The notes: generated from the letters alone by a model not told the origin. DNA of 64,000 nt from Trueperaceae bacterium (GCA_965214405.1 OZ243956.1:4064001-4128000), one strand, 5' to 3'; positions 10,141 through 21,078 are shown, numbered from the stretch's first letter. Made by a program: numbers and translations.

Positions 10141-11502
10141 TTAGCTGACCAACTCACCCACAGCTTTGTTTGCCCTCACCTCGGCGAGTAGGGTCGGCCA
10201 CCAGGGATGTTGGTCTGAACGCGCGCGGAGCCTTGCATTCACCTTTTCCCAGCGCTTTATGAGGTTTTCGCCGGAGGCGAGCATGGCCGCGGCACTCTCG
10301 TACTCCGGCGTCAACCAGCGCCGCCCGATTTGGGCGTGAAGCACCTCGTCGGCCCAGTCGTAGTCTTGAAAGGTTGTGGTGAGCGGGTCGCCGTCACTTT
10401 TGGCTATCACCCATTCATACTGCTTCCCCGTCTTGCGCGGCATGAGACTCTGCTCGAGGGTCCACAAAATGGTGTGCGCCTCGAGCGGGCTAAATTCCGC
10501 GTTCAACCCCACCGAAGACTTGATGTCGATAGGATACTTGTAAAAAGGCACGCCCTTGTGGTAAAGGCCGACCTCACCCATCATGGCGTGACGCGCTTCG
10601 TCCCACAGTTGGCGGCTCAAATCTACATAATACGCCCAGGGTTTTCCCTTCGTTTGGTAGAGGATAGGGGCCATCCATTCGGGCACGTCTATTTCTCTGA
10701 CGCGCTTGTACAAAAGGGCGAGCACCCGTTCGTCGAAGGCGCGACTTTCGTCCGTGTAGTAGTCGTCGATGAGAGCGGTTTGATTAAAGGGGTCGATAAA
10801 GCGAGCGTCCCGGCGGGGCGTCGGGTCCATCTCAAAAAACTGCCCGGTCGCGCGCGCTTTGGGGAGTGGGGTGGCGGGGGCCTCGAGGTTGCCGCTCACC
10901 CCACCCGCTGCGAGCAGGTAGGCGCGGAGGTGGCGCTCCCAGGTTTCAGCCTTTTCCCTCGCCGCCTCGGAACGCGTCAGCGCGCTTAGCGCCTGTTCGC
11001 CCCACTCGAGCATCTCCCTTTCTTCGGTAAGGTGAAACCGCAGCAAGCGGTAGGTGGGATGGTCGATAAGCCGATTGGTTTTTCCCAAGTGCTGCTCGAG
11101 GGCGCGTACCAGTTCGGCTTTGACGACGCGGTAGATGCCCACGAGCAGTTCGGCGGTATCCTCGGCGCGAACGACCTCGGCAAGGAAGGTCTCGAGCAGC
11201 ACGTCCGGCACCTGGTCCAACTGAAGCGGCGGTTCGCGCATTTCGCCGACGCGTTCGCGCAGACCGGCGCTGTGTTCCGCGTCCAACCACAGGTGCAGAC
11301 TGAGGGCGCATTTCACCTCCCATTCAGGGACGTTTGGCAGGTGCGCCGCCATGATTTGGTTGAGTTGCACTTCAACATAGTTGTAGCGACGTAACAGGTT
11401 GACGTTCGTTTCGACGTCGAAACCCGGCTTAACCGCCTCGTCATAAGTACAAAGCCCGGCCAACGGAGGGATGCCTAGATTGTTAATCTCCACCTTTGCC
11501 AC
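10141..11502 (-). CDS. Tandem ferritin-like (DUF455-like) diiron-carboxylate protein
   Basis: C-terminal half E..DEARH..E..DEVLH; N-terminal half LDAEH..EE. GTG start after GAGAGG. Confidence 0.7.
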   Translation of the reverse strand: MAKVEINNLGIPPLAGLCTYDEAVKPGFDVETNVNLLRRYNYVEVQLNQIMAAHLPNVPEWEVKCALSLHLWLDAEHSAGLRERVGEMREPPLQLDQVPDVLLETFLAEVVRAEDTAELLVGIYRVVKAELVRALEQHLGKTNRLIDHPTYRLLRFHLTEEREMLEWGEQALSALTRSEAAREKAETWERHLRAYLLAAGGVSGNLEAPATPLPKARATGQFFEMDPTPRRDARFIDPFNQTALIDDYYTDESRAFDERVLALLYKRVREIDVPEWMAPILYQTKGKPWAYYVDLSRQLWDEARHAMMGEVGLYHKGVPFYKYPIDIKSSVGLNAEFSPLEAHTILWTLEQSLMPRKTGKQYEWVIAKSDGDPLTTTFQDYDWADEVLHAQIGRRWLTPEYESAAAMLASGENLIKRWEKVNARLRARSDQHPWWPTLLAEVRANKAVGELVS

Positions 11503-11587
11503 AAATTTTACCTCTCTGAGAAACGAGGGTTGCGACGCGCGCACGCCCATAAGCCGCTCGGAAGTTCAGCCACGAGCGTGTCGGCCT

Positions 11588-12565
11588 TTAGTGCTCTTCG
11601 TCTTCCTCCCAGGTGACGCAGCCGCCCTCACCACTGGGGCGCACCATCGCCTGGGCGATGCTTTCGGTTCCCTTGTACGCGTAAGGGTCTGTGCCCGCGA
11701 CCATGACGATGTCGCGGTAATCGGCTACGGCCATCCCTTCACCCTGTTTGGGCGGCCTCCAGGGGAGAAGGGACTGGGCGCTCATGTAGTGGTTTACCAG
11801 CACGCGGCGGTAGCCGCTCCCGGCGCGGTTGGGGAAGGAACGGTGTAACAAGTAACCGTTGAAAAAGACGATACTTCCTGCTTTTACCTCGACCGGAACC
11901 GCGTCCGCGTCGGTGTAAGGAAAGCCGGTGGACTCGTCGGTGCAGTCGAAGCGGCTGTCTTGCTGCATTTCCATCGGCCACAGCACGCCCGGCTTGTGCG
12001 AGCCGGGGATGACCCAGAGGCAACCGTTTTCAATCGTGGCGTCGTCCATCGCAATCCAGCCGCCGACCAACGAGTTGTCCCTGGTGGGAATAAAGTCTTC
12101 GTCCTGGTGCCAGGCTTGGCCCGGTTTGCCCGTCGCTTTGATAAACAGCATCGACTGCATACATTTAACATTAGGGCCGACAATCTCGGTCAAGACCTCG
12201 ACCATATTGGGGGTGCTCAGGTACTTGAGCATCGTGTCGGAAATCTTGTTGGGAAAGTGGATGCACAGGTAACGCCGCAAGGTTTCCTCTTCGCTTTCAC
12301 CCGCCATCCCAGGTTCAAAGCCTTTGACGTCACCGCGTTCGCCCCTACAGATACTCGTCGCTTCCGAACGGAGTTCGTTCAGCTCTTCTTCTGAAAGCGC
12401 GTTGGGCACGACCAAGTAGCCGTTCTCCTCGTAAAAGTCGCGCAGGCTGCCGCTCTCGGCCCTGGTCGCTTCGGTGATGAAATTCGCCCCACCTTTTTTT
12501 AGGGCCTCGAGCTGGGGGTCGCTGTCGACCGTTTTGGTTTTGGGTTTCAGTTTTGTGCTTGTCAT
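11588..12565 (-). CDS. PhyH family Fe(II)/2-oxoglutarate dioxygenase
   Basis: WHQD, ENGCLWVIPGSH and LLHRS motifs. Confidence 0.9.
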   Translation of the reverse strand: MTSTKLKPKTKTVDSDPQLEALKKGGANFITEATRAESGSLRDFYEENGYLVVPNALSEEELNELRSEATSICRGERGDVKGFEPGMAGESEEETLRRYLCIHFPNKISDTMLKYLSTPNMVEVLTEIVGPNVKCMQSMLFIKATGKPGQAWHQDEDFIPTRDNSLVGGWIAMDDATIENGCLWVIPGSHKPGVLWPMEMQQDSRFDCTDESTGFPYTDADAVPVEVKAGSIVFFNGYLLHRSFPNRAGSGYRRVLVNHYMSAQSLLPWRPPKQGEGMAVADYRDIVMVAGTDPYAYKGTESIAQAMVRPSGEGGCVTWEEDEEH

Positions 12566-12660
12566 TTTAGACTCCTTAGGGTCTGCTTTAGAGTTGCAAA
12601 GTTTATGACCAAATGTGTTTACGGCGTTCGCGCTCTAAAATCTCAATTCCCACTCCCAAC

Positions 12661-13566
12661 CTATCCTTTGAGCGCGCCCATAGCGAGATTATCGAGCAAA
12701 TGCTTGCGTCCTGCCACGAAGATGAGAACAATTGGTAACGTTGCGATAAAGGAACCTCCCAGAATCATGCCGTACTCGACTTTGTAAAGACCTTGCAGGG
12801 TAGCCAACCCCAGAGGATAAGTGAAATTCTCGGGGGAACGCAGTACGATTAAGGGCCACAAGTAATCGTTCCAGGCCGTCAGAAACACGAGTACCGCCAA
12901 AACAGACATCGCGCCGCGCACGAGCGGCAAGCCAATGCGCCAGTAGATACCAAACTCACTAGCGCCGTCTATGCGGGCGGAGTCGAGCAGCTCTCCGGGC
13001 ACCGAGCGCATCGCCTGCATCATGAAAAACGCGCCAAAGGCGCTTACGGAACTCGGCAGGACGACGCCCAAAAAATTGTCCAAAAGCCCAACGTTGATGA
13101 TCAGTTGAAAAAGAGGTACCAGCGTGACCTGAAAGGGAATGGCGACGGTTGCGAGCAAAAAGAGGGTTAAAAAGGTTTTGCCTCGGAACTCGTATTTGGC
13201 AAAGCCCCAGCCCACCAGCGTCGCGAAGAACAGGGTGAGCGCGGTTTGACTCACCGAGATGACGACGCTGTTGAGCATTTGGCGCAGGTAAGGGATTTCT
13301 TCGCCGCCGAGCAACCGCTCGTAGTTGTTTAGGGTAGGCTCTTGTACCGCCAAGGTGACGGGGAAGCTGAAAATCTCGCTGTTGGACTTGAGGGAGCCCG
13401 TGATCATGTAGACAAAAGGCACGCCCACCAGCACGGCGAAAAAGAACAGCAGGGCGTAGAGGAGGGCGGCCTCGGTGAGGACCCTGACCCGCGTCTTGCC
13501 CCGCCAACCGAGGCGTGACATCGCCCTGTTTGCTCGAGTCGTGCGCGAGCCCTCCATCTCAGTCAT
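12661..13566 (-). CDS. Carbohydrate ABC transporter permease (MalG-like)
   Basis: [11 protein letters not shown] loop, TM helices, WNDYLWPL. Confidence 0.92.
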   Translation of the reverse strand: MTEMEGSRTTRANRAMSRLGWRGKTRVRVLTEAALLYALLFFFAVLVGVPFVYMITGSLKSNSEIFSFPVTLAVQEPTLNNYERLLGGEEIPYLRQMLNSVVISVSQTALTLFFATLVGWGFAKYEFRGKTFLTLFLLATVAIPFQVTLVPLFQLIINVGLLDNFLGVVLPSSVSAFGAFFMMQAMRSVPGELLDSARIDGASEFGIYWRIGLPLVRGAMSVLAVLVFLTAWNDYLWPLIVLRSPENFTYPLGLATLQGLYKVEYGMILGGSFIATLPIVLIFVAGRKHLLDNLAMGALKG

Positions 13567-14446
13567 CTTTCAAAGCTCGAGTGAGATAAAGTTGAATAAC
13601 GGTTAAAAAAACGATGATGACCGCCAAAGAGTAGCCGATGGCCGAGGCGTAGCCCATCTTGAGTTCCCGAAAGCCGCGGTTGTAAAGGTACATGGTCATG
13701 GTGAGCCCGGCGTTGCGGGGACCCCCCGACTCACCCACCAGCGTCACGGGTTCGGCAAAAAGGTTGTAAGACCCTATAATCGCAAAGGTCAGCACAAACG
13801 CCAAAACGGGCCTGAGCATGGGCAGCGTGACGTGACGAAACACCCCAAAGCGGTTTGCGCCGTCGATGCGCGCGGCTTCTTTTAGCGAGGGCGGCACGTT
13901 TTGTAAGCCCACCAAAAAATAAAGCGCGTTGAGACCTGTGAACTTCCAGACACCGAGCAAAATGATCGACGGCATCACCCAGTTGGGGCTGCGTAACCAG
14001 CGGACGGGCTCGACGCCCAAGGGCGCTAACAGCAGGTTGTTGATAAGCCCATACTGCTCTTCGAAAACGAGCCCAAAGATAATCCCCACCACCACGCCCG
14101 AGGTGATGTTCGGGGTAAAAAAGAAAAGCCTAAAAAACTCCCGGAAGCGGAGCTGGGGCATATGCAAAACGAGCGCCAACAGAAGAGCCAGCGGCACGAT
14201 AATAAGGATGCTGCCCAACGCGTAATAGGTCGTATTCACCAGAGACTTGATAAAGAGGTCGTCGCGGGTAAACAGCCTGACGTAATTGTCAAAACCGATA
14301 AAGCGTGACTCGGCGTCGATACCTACGTGCCTGTAAAAACTGAGCCGCAGCGACTGCACCACGGGAACCAGAAAGAAGATGGCGTAGCCGATGAAGAACG
14401 GGCTTATGAACAAGTAAGGCGCTAGTTTTTTACCGAGTTTGTACAT
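13559..14446 (-). CDS. Carbohydrate ABC transporter permease (MalF-like)
   Basis: EAARIDGA loop, GYASA. Start taken at ATG 14446. Confidence 0.9.
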   Translation of the reverse strand: MYKLGKKLAPYLFISPFFIGYAIFFLVPVVQSLRLSFYRHVGIDAESRFIGFDNYVRLFTRDDLFIKSLVNTTYYALGSILIIVPLALLLALVLHMPQLRFREFFRLFFFTPNITSGVVVGIIFGLVFEEQYGLINNLLLAPLGVEPVRWLRSPNWVMPSIILLGVWKFTGLNALYFLVGLQNVPPSLKEAARIDGANRFGVFRHVTLPMLRPVLAFVLTFAIIGSYNLFAEPVTLVGESGGPRNAGLTMTMYLYNRGFRELKMGYASAIGYSLAVIIVFLTVIQLYLTRALKDD

Positions 14447-14528
14447 GAGCTTCCTGAGAGAACGTGAGTATGAGTAAGGAGATGAGAAGCTAGGGCCTCT
14501 CTGTCTCCTCACGGGTGCTAATCAATCC

Positions 14529-15791
14529 CTAAAAATCCATCTCGTCCCGAATGGTGGCGGCAATCTCACTGAACACGTCTTCGGGTGTGCGGTTACGGTC
14601 CATAATGTCTTGCCAGGCAGCGTCCATAAGGTCGTTGAGCTGGGTGCGGTAAGGGCTCTGGTACTGGGCGGGCGCGTCGGGACCTACCTCGGCAAAGACA
14701 GCGCCTAAGTCCTGACCGGAGAAGTAAGCGTCAGCGGCGTGCAGGCGCTCGTTGTCCATTGCCGGGATAAGGGGCGGGAACAAGTTGGTCAGCTCGAAAC
14801 GGCGCACGTTACCCTCTTCAGAGAGCATGGCGAACTCGAGAAACTTCTGAGCTTCTTCAGCGTTCGGGCTCGACGCTATAACCGTCAAGCCTGTTCCGCC
14901 CCACACGCTGGTGTGAATCCCGCCCTCTTCCCAAGCGGGTAGCGGCGCAGCTTTCCACTGGCCTTCAAGTTCGGGCGCGTTATCTTTCATGGAGCCCGCG
15001 TACCAGTCGGCACCGACCATCGACGCAAAGGTGTCGTCTTTGAAGGCCGCCCAGTTGGCAGAACCAAAGATTTCATCGTCAGGCATCTGCGCAGCGATGC
15101 CCTCGTCCATCAACTCCAAAATCCAGTTCATGGTGTCGATAGAGAGTTCAGAATCTATGGTGACGTTACCTTCAGCGTCAAAATAGTCTGCGCCACGTTG
15201 CCTGAGTAGAAGCTCCGGCAGGATGCTGTTTACAGGCAAAGGAACCACGTCGGGGTTTTGTTCTTTGAGGGTTCTCGCGCCCGCGATAAAATCGTCCCAC
15301 GTTTCGAAACTCTGCGGGTCGACGCCTGCCGCTTCCCAAAGGTCGGCGCGGTAGTAAAGCACCACCGGGGTTAGCGCGTGCTCGACCCCATAGGTTGTAC
15401 CGTCGTAGGTATAGAGCGCCTGACGCGCCGCCACGAGCTGGTCAAGATAACCCCCCGACTCGAGCATGTCGTTCAGCGGCACAAAGCCGGGATCGCCGCC
15501 GCCCCGTAAAAAGCTACCAAACGCCCCCTGCTCAACGTCAGACAGGTCGGGTGCGCCCGTGCCGCCCGATTGCAGCGAGATTCTTAAGCGGTCGTGCATG
15601 TCGTCATAAGCGATTTCAACGACTTCCAGCTCAAAATCGGGATTTACCTCGGCTTTGTAGCGCTCCGCTTGTTCTCTAAACCACCTCGCGTGGGTGTCGG
15701 CAAAGGTCCAGAGCTCGAGCTCCTGAGCGAAGGCGCTTGATAAACCCAGCAAGAGTAAACTCAGTAGAAGTAACCGCGAACGTGCAACCAT
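14529..15791 (-). CDS. Carbohydrate ABC transporter substrate-binding protein
   Basis: Signal peptide ending [21 protein letters not shown] 15791 after GGGAGG. Confidence 0.9.
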   Translation of the reverse strand: MVARSRLLLLSLLLLGLSSAFAQELELWTFADTHARWFREQAERYKAEVNPDFELEVVEIAYDDMHDRLRISLQSGGTGAPDLSDVEQGAFGSFLRGGGDPGFVPLNDMLESGGYLDQLVAARQALYTYDGTTYGVEHALTPVVLYYRADLWEAAGVDPQSFETWDDFIAGARTLKEQNPDVVPLPVNSILPELLLRQRGADYFDAEGNVTIDSELSIDTMNWILELMDEGIAAQMPDDEIFGSANWAAFKDDTFASMVGADWYAGSMKDNAPELEGQWKAAPLPAWEEGGIHTSVWGGTGLTVIASSPNAEEAQKFLEFAMLSEEGNVRRFELTNLFPPLIPAMDNERLHAADAYFSGQDLGAVFAEVGPDAPAQYQSPYRTQLNDLMDAAWQDIMDRNRTPEDVFSEIAATIRDEMDF

Positions 15792-15925
15792 ACGTACCTC
15801 CCTGGTACACCCCATAACTTTGAAAGTCACATTCAAAGAGTCGTTAGTCCATCCTCGCTGAAACGCGATTGTCCCGAATTAACTACACCGCTCTGCTATA
15901 CTGGCTCTTGAAACGGGTCAAAGTT

Positions 15926-16786
15926 ATGACGGCTAAAGAACACAATAAGGGCTCAGCGGAACCCATGTCCATGCCTGCCGCTGATAGAGTCTTGTCTGAA
16001 ATTGATGTTTCCACACTGCCCAAAAACGTCTTTTTCGGCAACGTCATGTATGACGCGGGAGGCACGTACGGCCCGAGAATTCAGGAGCACTTACAGCTCG
16101 TCGTCATCAGGAGCGGCGAAGCGCTCATTACTGTTGACGGGGCGCAACGGGGGTTACGGCAAGGTGAAGTGGCTCTCCTTACAAAAGGCCACCGAGAGTA
16201 TTTCGAGTTTGCCAAGACGGCGAAAACCTATCATAGCTGGTGTCATTTCCACTGGAACTTGCCCGAGCACGCGCTCCGGCTTATAGAAGCGTTGCCGTTC
16301 AAGGTAGGAGTCTCCAACCGCATGGAGCGACTTATCGATGTGGGGCTTTCGTTGCAGCATGACCCGCAAGCGCTGGCACCTTCGCTATCTCATTTGGCGG
16401 CGGCAGCTTTTTGGGAATATGTGAGCAGTTCGGGCCTGGCCGAATTCTCGAGCCAAAACGCCCGTTTACCCGAATCCGTCAAGCGCGTGCAGGCTTACAT
16501 CAGACAAAACTACTACAGCGACGTCCATCTGGGCCAGCTAACTGAGATCGCCTTCGTGACGCCCGAGCATCTCATTCGGCTTTTTAGAAGCCACCTCGGC
16601 ACAACCCCCATGCGTTATCTGCGAGATGTTAGGGTGCGCCAGGGCATTTCGTTTTTGAGCCACACGGGCATCACCGTTGAAAGAATCGCGTTTAACTGTG
16701 GCTTCAAGACCGCCGCCCACTTTTCACGGTGCATCAAGCAGGCCACAGGCCAAACCCCCAGTGAGATTAGAGCCCGGCACGGTTGA
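15926..16786 (+). CDS. AraC family transcriptional regulator
   Basis: Cupin-type N-domain and C-terminal double HTH (CGFKTAAHFSR). Exact start uncertain. Confidence 0.88.
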   Translation: MTAKEHNKGSAEPMSMPAADRVLSEIDVSTLPKNVFFGNVMYDAGGTYGPRIQEHLQLVVIRSGEALITVDGAQRGLRQGEVALLTKGHREYFEFAKTAKTYHSWCHFHWNLPEHALRLIEALPFKVGVSNRMERLIDVGLSLQHDPQALAPSLSHLAAAAFWEYVSSSGLAEFSSQNARLPESVKRVQAYIRQNYYSDVHLGQLTEIAFVTPEHLIRLFRSHLGTTPMRYLRDVRVRQGISFLSHTGITVERIAFNCGFKTAAHFSRCIKQATGQTPSEIRARHG

Positions 16787-16791
16787 CGCGC

Positions 16792-17616
16792 TCAGCCCTT
16801 GACCGCGCCTCCCGTCAACCCGGCGACGATGTAACGCTGGGCGAGCAAAAAGAACGCCACGGCGGGCAAAAGGTTCACCGAAATAAACGCCATCACCCGG
16901 TTCCATTCGGTCGCGTACTCCCCGCGGTAGTTGACAAGACCCAAGGGCCAGGGGTGGTTGTCCGGGTTGGCTCCCAGCATGATGAGGGGCAGCAGGTAGC
17001 CGTTCCAGGACGTGACCAGGGTCAAAACGCCCACCGTCGCCAAAATGGGTAACGATAGGGGCAAAATGAAGCGAAAATAAAACCCAATATAGCCGATGCC
17101 GTCGACCCGCGCCGCCTCGAACAGTTCATGCGGCAACTGCTCAAAAAAGCCTCTAAAAAAGAGCACCGATCCTGCAATCCCAAAGGCGACTTGCGGCAAG
17201 ATAATCGCCCAGTGCGTGTTGAAAATGTGCAGGTACGAATTATTGATGACGAAAATCGGCACGATGGCGGCGGCGGCGGGGAACATCAACCCGAGCAGGA
17301 GGTAAGAGTAAAGAAAATCTTGCCCGGCGAATTTGAGGTGGCTAAAGGTGAACGCCGCCATCGACGCCACGACGAGCACCAAAAACACCGTGAAAAACGC
17401 GATGTTGAGCGAGTTCAGCGCGTAGCGCCAGGTGGTCGGCGAAAGGAGGATGTCGCTGTAGGCGTCCAAGCGCCACACCTGGGGCAAGCCCATTGGGTTG
17501 TTACGCAGTTCACCCGTGGATTTGAAGCCGCCGATAAACGTCACCCAGATGGGGAGGAGCACAAAACCGGACAGCGTGAGCAAAAAGAGGTATTTGAAAT
17601 ACGTCAGGAGTTTCAT
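16792..17616 (-). CDS. Carbohydrate ABC transporter permease
   Basis: EAARVDG loop, GLTGGAVKG end. Start ATG 17616 overlaps the upstream stop. Confidence 0.9.
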   Translation of the reverse strand: MKLLTYFKYLFLLTLSGFVLLPIWVTFIGGFKSTGELRNNPMGLPQVWRLDAYSDILLSPTTWRYALNSLNIAFFTVFLVLVVASMAAFTFSHLKFAGQDFLYSYLLLGLMFPAAAAIVPIFVINNSYLHIFNTHWAIILPQVAFGIAGSVLFFRGFFEQLPHELFEAARVDGIGYIGFYFRFILPLSLPILATVGVLTLVTSWNGYLLPLIMLGANPDNHPWPLGLVNYRGEYATEWNRVMAFISVNLLPAVAFFLLAQRYIVAGLTGGAVKG

Positions 17617-18575
17617 ACGCGCCTTCTTCGGAAGAGGCTCTGCTCGCCCATCACAAAGTATTGATACGTAAACCCTGCAACCATGCTGATGGCGAACAAA
17701 ATAATGCTCGCCGCCGAGGCGATGCCGTAACGCTGACGGCGCGACAAGCCCCACTCGTAAATAAACGTCGCCAGCGTCTGGCCCTGCTCGGGTGGCGAGG
17801 GGCCGTAGAGACCGACGATAAGGTCGAACACCTGAAAAGAACCCAAAATGGCGAAAAAGAGCGAGAGTTTGAGCGCGTAAGAAATCAGCGGGATTTTGAC
17901 GTACAAGACGCTCTGCCAGTTTGACGCGCCGTCGATGCTGGCGGACTCGAGCAATTCCTTGGGTACCCCCTGCAACCCCGCAATGTAAAGAATCATATGG
18001 TAGCCAAAAAACTTCCACACCAAGACCAGCAGCACCGCGGCGAACGACCAGGTTTTGTCCTCGAGAATAAAATAGGGCCTGCCGAGCAGTTCGTTAAACA
18101 GCGGCGCGACCGCACCGTTGCGCCCGTCCAGCATGTAGACCCAGACGAGCCCGGTGGCAATTTCGGACAAGACAAAGGGCAAAAAGAATATGAGCCGAAA
18201 AACGCTGTTGGTGAATGTTTCTTTGTAAATGAGCAGCGCGCAGACGAGGGCCAGGGGCAGTTGGATAAAGAGTGAGGAGGCGAGAATCAGCGCGGTGTTG
18301 CGCAAGGCAGGCTCGAAAAAAGCGTTCAAGGTGCGCTTGGTAAACATCCACACGTAGTTGCTGACGCCGTTAAAGTCGGTCAAGGGGCCGTAACCCTTGT
18401 AGGTGTAAAAGCTCATGGCACCCGCGCCGAACATCGGCAGGATGACAAAAATCGTGAAGACGAGCAGCGCGGGCGGCAGCAAGATGAGGACAGCGCTCCA
18501 GCGCCGACGCGTTTCGGTTTTGCCCCAGCGGCGCTCGGGTTTTTCAGGGGTTCGCTCGCTTGCTGCGGTAGCCAC
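17613..18575 (-). CDS. Carbohydrate ABC transporter permease
   Basis: ESASIDGA loop and TM helices. Confidence 0.9.
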   Translation of the reverse strand: MATAASERTPEKPERRWGKTETRRRWSAVLILLPPALLVFTIFVILPMFGAGAMSFYTYKGYGPLTDFNGVSNYVWMFTKRTLNAFFEPALRNTALILASSLFIQLPLALVCALLIYKETFTNSVFRLIFFLPFVLSEIATGLVWVYMLDGRNGAVAPLFNELLGRPYFILEDKTWSFAAVLLVLVWKFFGYHMILYIAGLQGVPKELLESASIDGASNWQSVLYVKIPLISYALKLSLFFAILGSFQVFDLIVGLYGPSPPEQGQTLATFIYEWGLSRRQRYGIASAASIILFAISMVAGFTYQYFVMGEQSLFRRRRV

Positions 18576-18665
18576 TCGTTCTCCTAAAAAGCCAGGATTG
18601 CGTCTCTTTAAGTTCTACAGCGTTTTACCCTCGTCGAGGGCAACATGCCTGTATTTTTCACTCGC

Positions 18666-18703
18666 GTTCGGGTGATATGAAAGGCTGTTCATATCACCCG
18701 AAC
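18666..18703. terminator. 16-bp hairpin between SBP and permease genes
   Basis: GTTCGGGTGATATGAA-AGGCTG-TTCATATCACCCGAAC. Confidence 0.65.
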
Positions 18704-18777
18704 ACTATTTTGCTATTCGTCGTTCATAGAACCCCCCTTGACGAGAGGCTAAAAACGAACAACTCGAGTCTTCAACC

Positions 18778-20028
18778 CTAGCGGAGTTCCCAACTTTCCT
18801 GAACCAGTTCGGCCGCCGTTTGCGGGTCTATTTCGCCCGTGGCGAGTTGGACGGACACGTCGTTAACAACGCCGCCCACGTCAGCGCCGAGCGACTGGTC
18901 TAAGAAAATCTGGTGCCACTGGGACTCACCGAGGTTGCGCGAAATCTGCGCGAAAAAGGGATTGTTGATGCCCGCGTCAGAACCTTTCGTCATCGGGATA
19001 AAAATGTTGAGTTCGCCCGCTTCGGTTTGGTTGGTGACGTTCATGAAGTATTCGAGAAACTGAACGGCTTCGTCGGGCGCATCTTCCGACACCACAAAGC
19101 CGTTGATGCCGCCGAAGGTGTCGGTGGCTCTGCCTGCGCCGCCCTCGACGACCGGAAAGCTAAAAATCCCGAGCTGGTCGTCGCTCAGCCCGCCGCTTTG
19201 GGCGTTGCCTCTTTGCGTGCCGTAGTCCCAGTTGCCCATGAGGTGAAAAACCGCGCCGCCGTCACCAAAAAAGCCCGAGGCGTCGCCGTACTGCATCGTC
19301 ATAAAGCCTTCCTGAAAGGGCTCTAAGTCGATAAGCGCCTTGAAATCTTCTCCTGCTTTTACGAAAGGTTCGGCAGCGAAGCCGTCCCCTTCTCCAGCCT
19401 GGGCCGCCCTGAAGCCTTCAACGCCCGCTTCGCGCATGGCTAAGTAAGACCAGTAAAAGTGTAAGGGCCACTTGTCCGAACCGCCGACGGCGATGGGTGT
19501 GAGTCCTGCGTCTTTGGCGCTCTGGACAGCTCCCAAAAAGTCGTCCCAGGTTTGGATGGCTCCAACGTCGATACCCGCCTCTGCCGCAAGCGCTTTGTTG
19601 TACCAAAAGCTCACTTCCTGAACCTGTTGGGGCAAGCCGACCACCGCCCCGTCAACCGTAAAAGCGTCCATACCCGCAGGCGACATCATGCTCAGGGTTT
19701 CCTCGTCGAGAAGCCCGGAAATGTCTCTGGTGGTGCCCGACGCAACCTGCTCTTCCAAAATACCGCCGCCCCAACTGTAAAAGAGGTCGGGCGCTTCGTT
19801 CGTTTGCAGGAGGGTCGGCAGCTTTTGCTTGAAATCCTCACCGCCCAATCTTTCAAACTGCACGAGGATATCGGGATGCTCTTCGCTAAATCTGGCAGCC
19901 ACGGCGTCCTCGTACTCAGGGCGACCGTCTTCACCCGTGAGCGACAGCACCTTGACCACGGTTTGGGCTTGCGCGGTTGCCAGTAGCAGAACGAGACCAA
20001 CGGCAAGAACCTTCAAAAGCAGCTTCAT
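18778..20028 (-). CDS. Carbohydrate ABC transporter substrate-binding protein
   Basis: Signal peptide AQA-Q; APDLFYSWGGG, WYNK, LMGNW. Confidence 0.92.
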   Translation of the reverse strand: MKLLLKVLAVGLVLLLATAQAQTVVKVLSLTGEDGRPEYEDAVAARFSEEHPDILVQFERLGGEDFKQKLPTLLQTNEAPDLFYSWGGGILEEQVASGTTRDISGLLDEETLSMMSPAGMDAFTVDGAVVGLPQQVQEVSFWYNKALAAEAGIDVGAIQTWDDFLGAVQSAKDAGLTPIAVGGSDKWPLHFYWSYLAMREAGVEGFRAAQAGEGDGFAAEPFVKAGEDFKALIDLEPFQEGFMTMQYGDASGFFGDGGAVFHLMGNWDYGTQRGNAQSGGLSDDQLGIFSFPVVEGGAGRATDTFGGINGFVVSEDAPDEAVQFLEYFMNVTNQTEAGELNIFIPMTKGSDAGINNPFFAQISRNLGESQWHQIFLDQSLGADVGGVVNDVSVQLATGEIDPQTAAELVQESWELR

Positions 20029-20211
20029 ACACGTCTCCTTTTACATTTTAGATTACACTGTCCGGTTGGATTTTGCGCCTTAGGCGCGAGCGGACAAAGG
20101 GATGTTAGTAGCGGACTCTCGAGCATGACAAGCTTAACGCCCCTCCTCCCAAAACCTGGCCCTGAGGTGAAGTTTGCGGTTACGTTACCACAGCTTTCCC
20201 TACCTGACGCT

Positions 20212-20979
20212 TCATGAACCAGCCCCCAAGGACTCCGCGCGAATGTTCCGACCACCTTTTACAAAAGGCACGGCCAGCGTGGTCGCACCCTTACTTTTAT
20301 CATTACTGCCCATCGGCTCGGCTGAATATTGCGCCAGGTAGCTGCGCCGCATCTTGGAAGTGATGTTCTGACCGCTGCGGTGAAAGGTCAGGCTCGAGAA
20401 CAGCGCGATACTCCCCGCAGGCACGATGACGGGTTCGCCGGGGTCGTCGCCGTGGTAGCCGATTTTGTCGTTCGTTCCCTCTTCAACGGCGTGCTCGACC
20501 AAGTCGCGGGTGCCCGCGCGGCTGTAAGGCAACACGTAAATCGTGCCGTTCTCTTCGGTCATATCGTCCAGCGCGCACCAGCAAGACAGGTAGGGTTTGT
20601 GCTCAAACCCCACAAAGCCCGAATCCTGATGCCAAGAAAACTTCATGCCCTTTTCGGCGGCTTTAATCACATACTGCTCGTAAAAAAGGTAAACGTCCTC
20701 ACCCAAAAGGGCGCGCGTAATGTCCCCCATAAAGTCGCTGAACAAAAAGGTTTGCAACGCCCCACTGTTCGGGTGCTTGTTGGAAATAAAGTAGCGCTTG
20801 TCGCGGTGGCTGATGCCCAACGTGTCACTGCCTTGCGCGTCCATTTCGGCGTGCATGAGGTCGATGTGGTGTTGCGCTTCGGCGCGCAGGGCCTCGAGAT
20901 ATTCGTCCGGAATAACGCGTTCTAAAACCGTGTAGCCTTCCTCGTGATACTGCTCGACCTGCTCGGGTGAGATATTCAT
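20212..20979 (-). CDS. PhyH family Fe(II)/2-oxoglutarate dioxygenase
   Basis: WHQD, ENG and TFHRS motifs; GGAGG SD. Confidence 0.9.
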   Translation of the reverse strand: MNISPEQVEQYHEEGYTVLERVIPDEYLEALRAEAQHHIDLMHAEMDAQGSDTLGISHRDKRYFISNKHPNSGALQTFLFSDFMGDITRALLGEDVYLFYEQYVIKAAEKGMKFSWHQDSGFVGFEHKPYLSCWCALDDMTEENGTIYVLPYSRAGTRDLVEHAVEEGTNDKIGYHGDDPGEPVIVPAGSIALFSSLTFHRSGQNITSKMRRSYLAQYSAEPMGSNDKSKGATTLAVPFVKGGRNIRAESLGAGS

Positions 20980-21078
20980 ACTCGAACCTCCGTGAATTTG
21001 GGTTACCCTTCTATGCTACGGTTTGTCCTGAAAAGATGCCTCCAACATATCACCAAAATTTAGTACAATCTCACCTTA

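Noticed and set aside
12661..20028. Carbohydrate ABC systems lacking an ATPase gene (also 52838-55917)
   Set aside because: Ordinary: CUT1 importers commonly share a MalK/MsmX-type ATPase encoded elsewhere.
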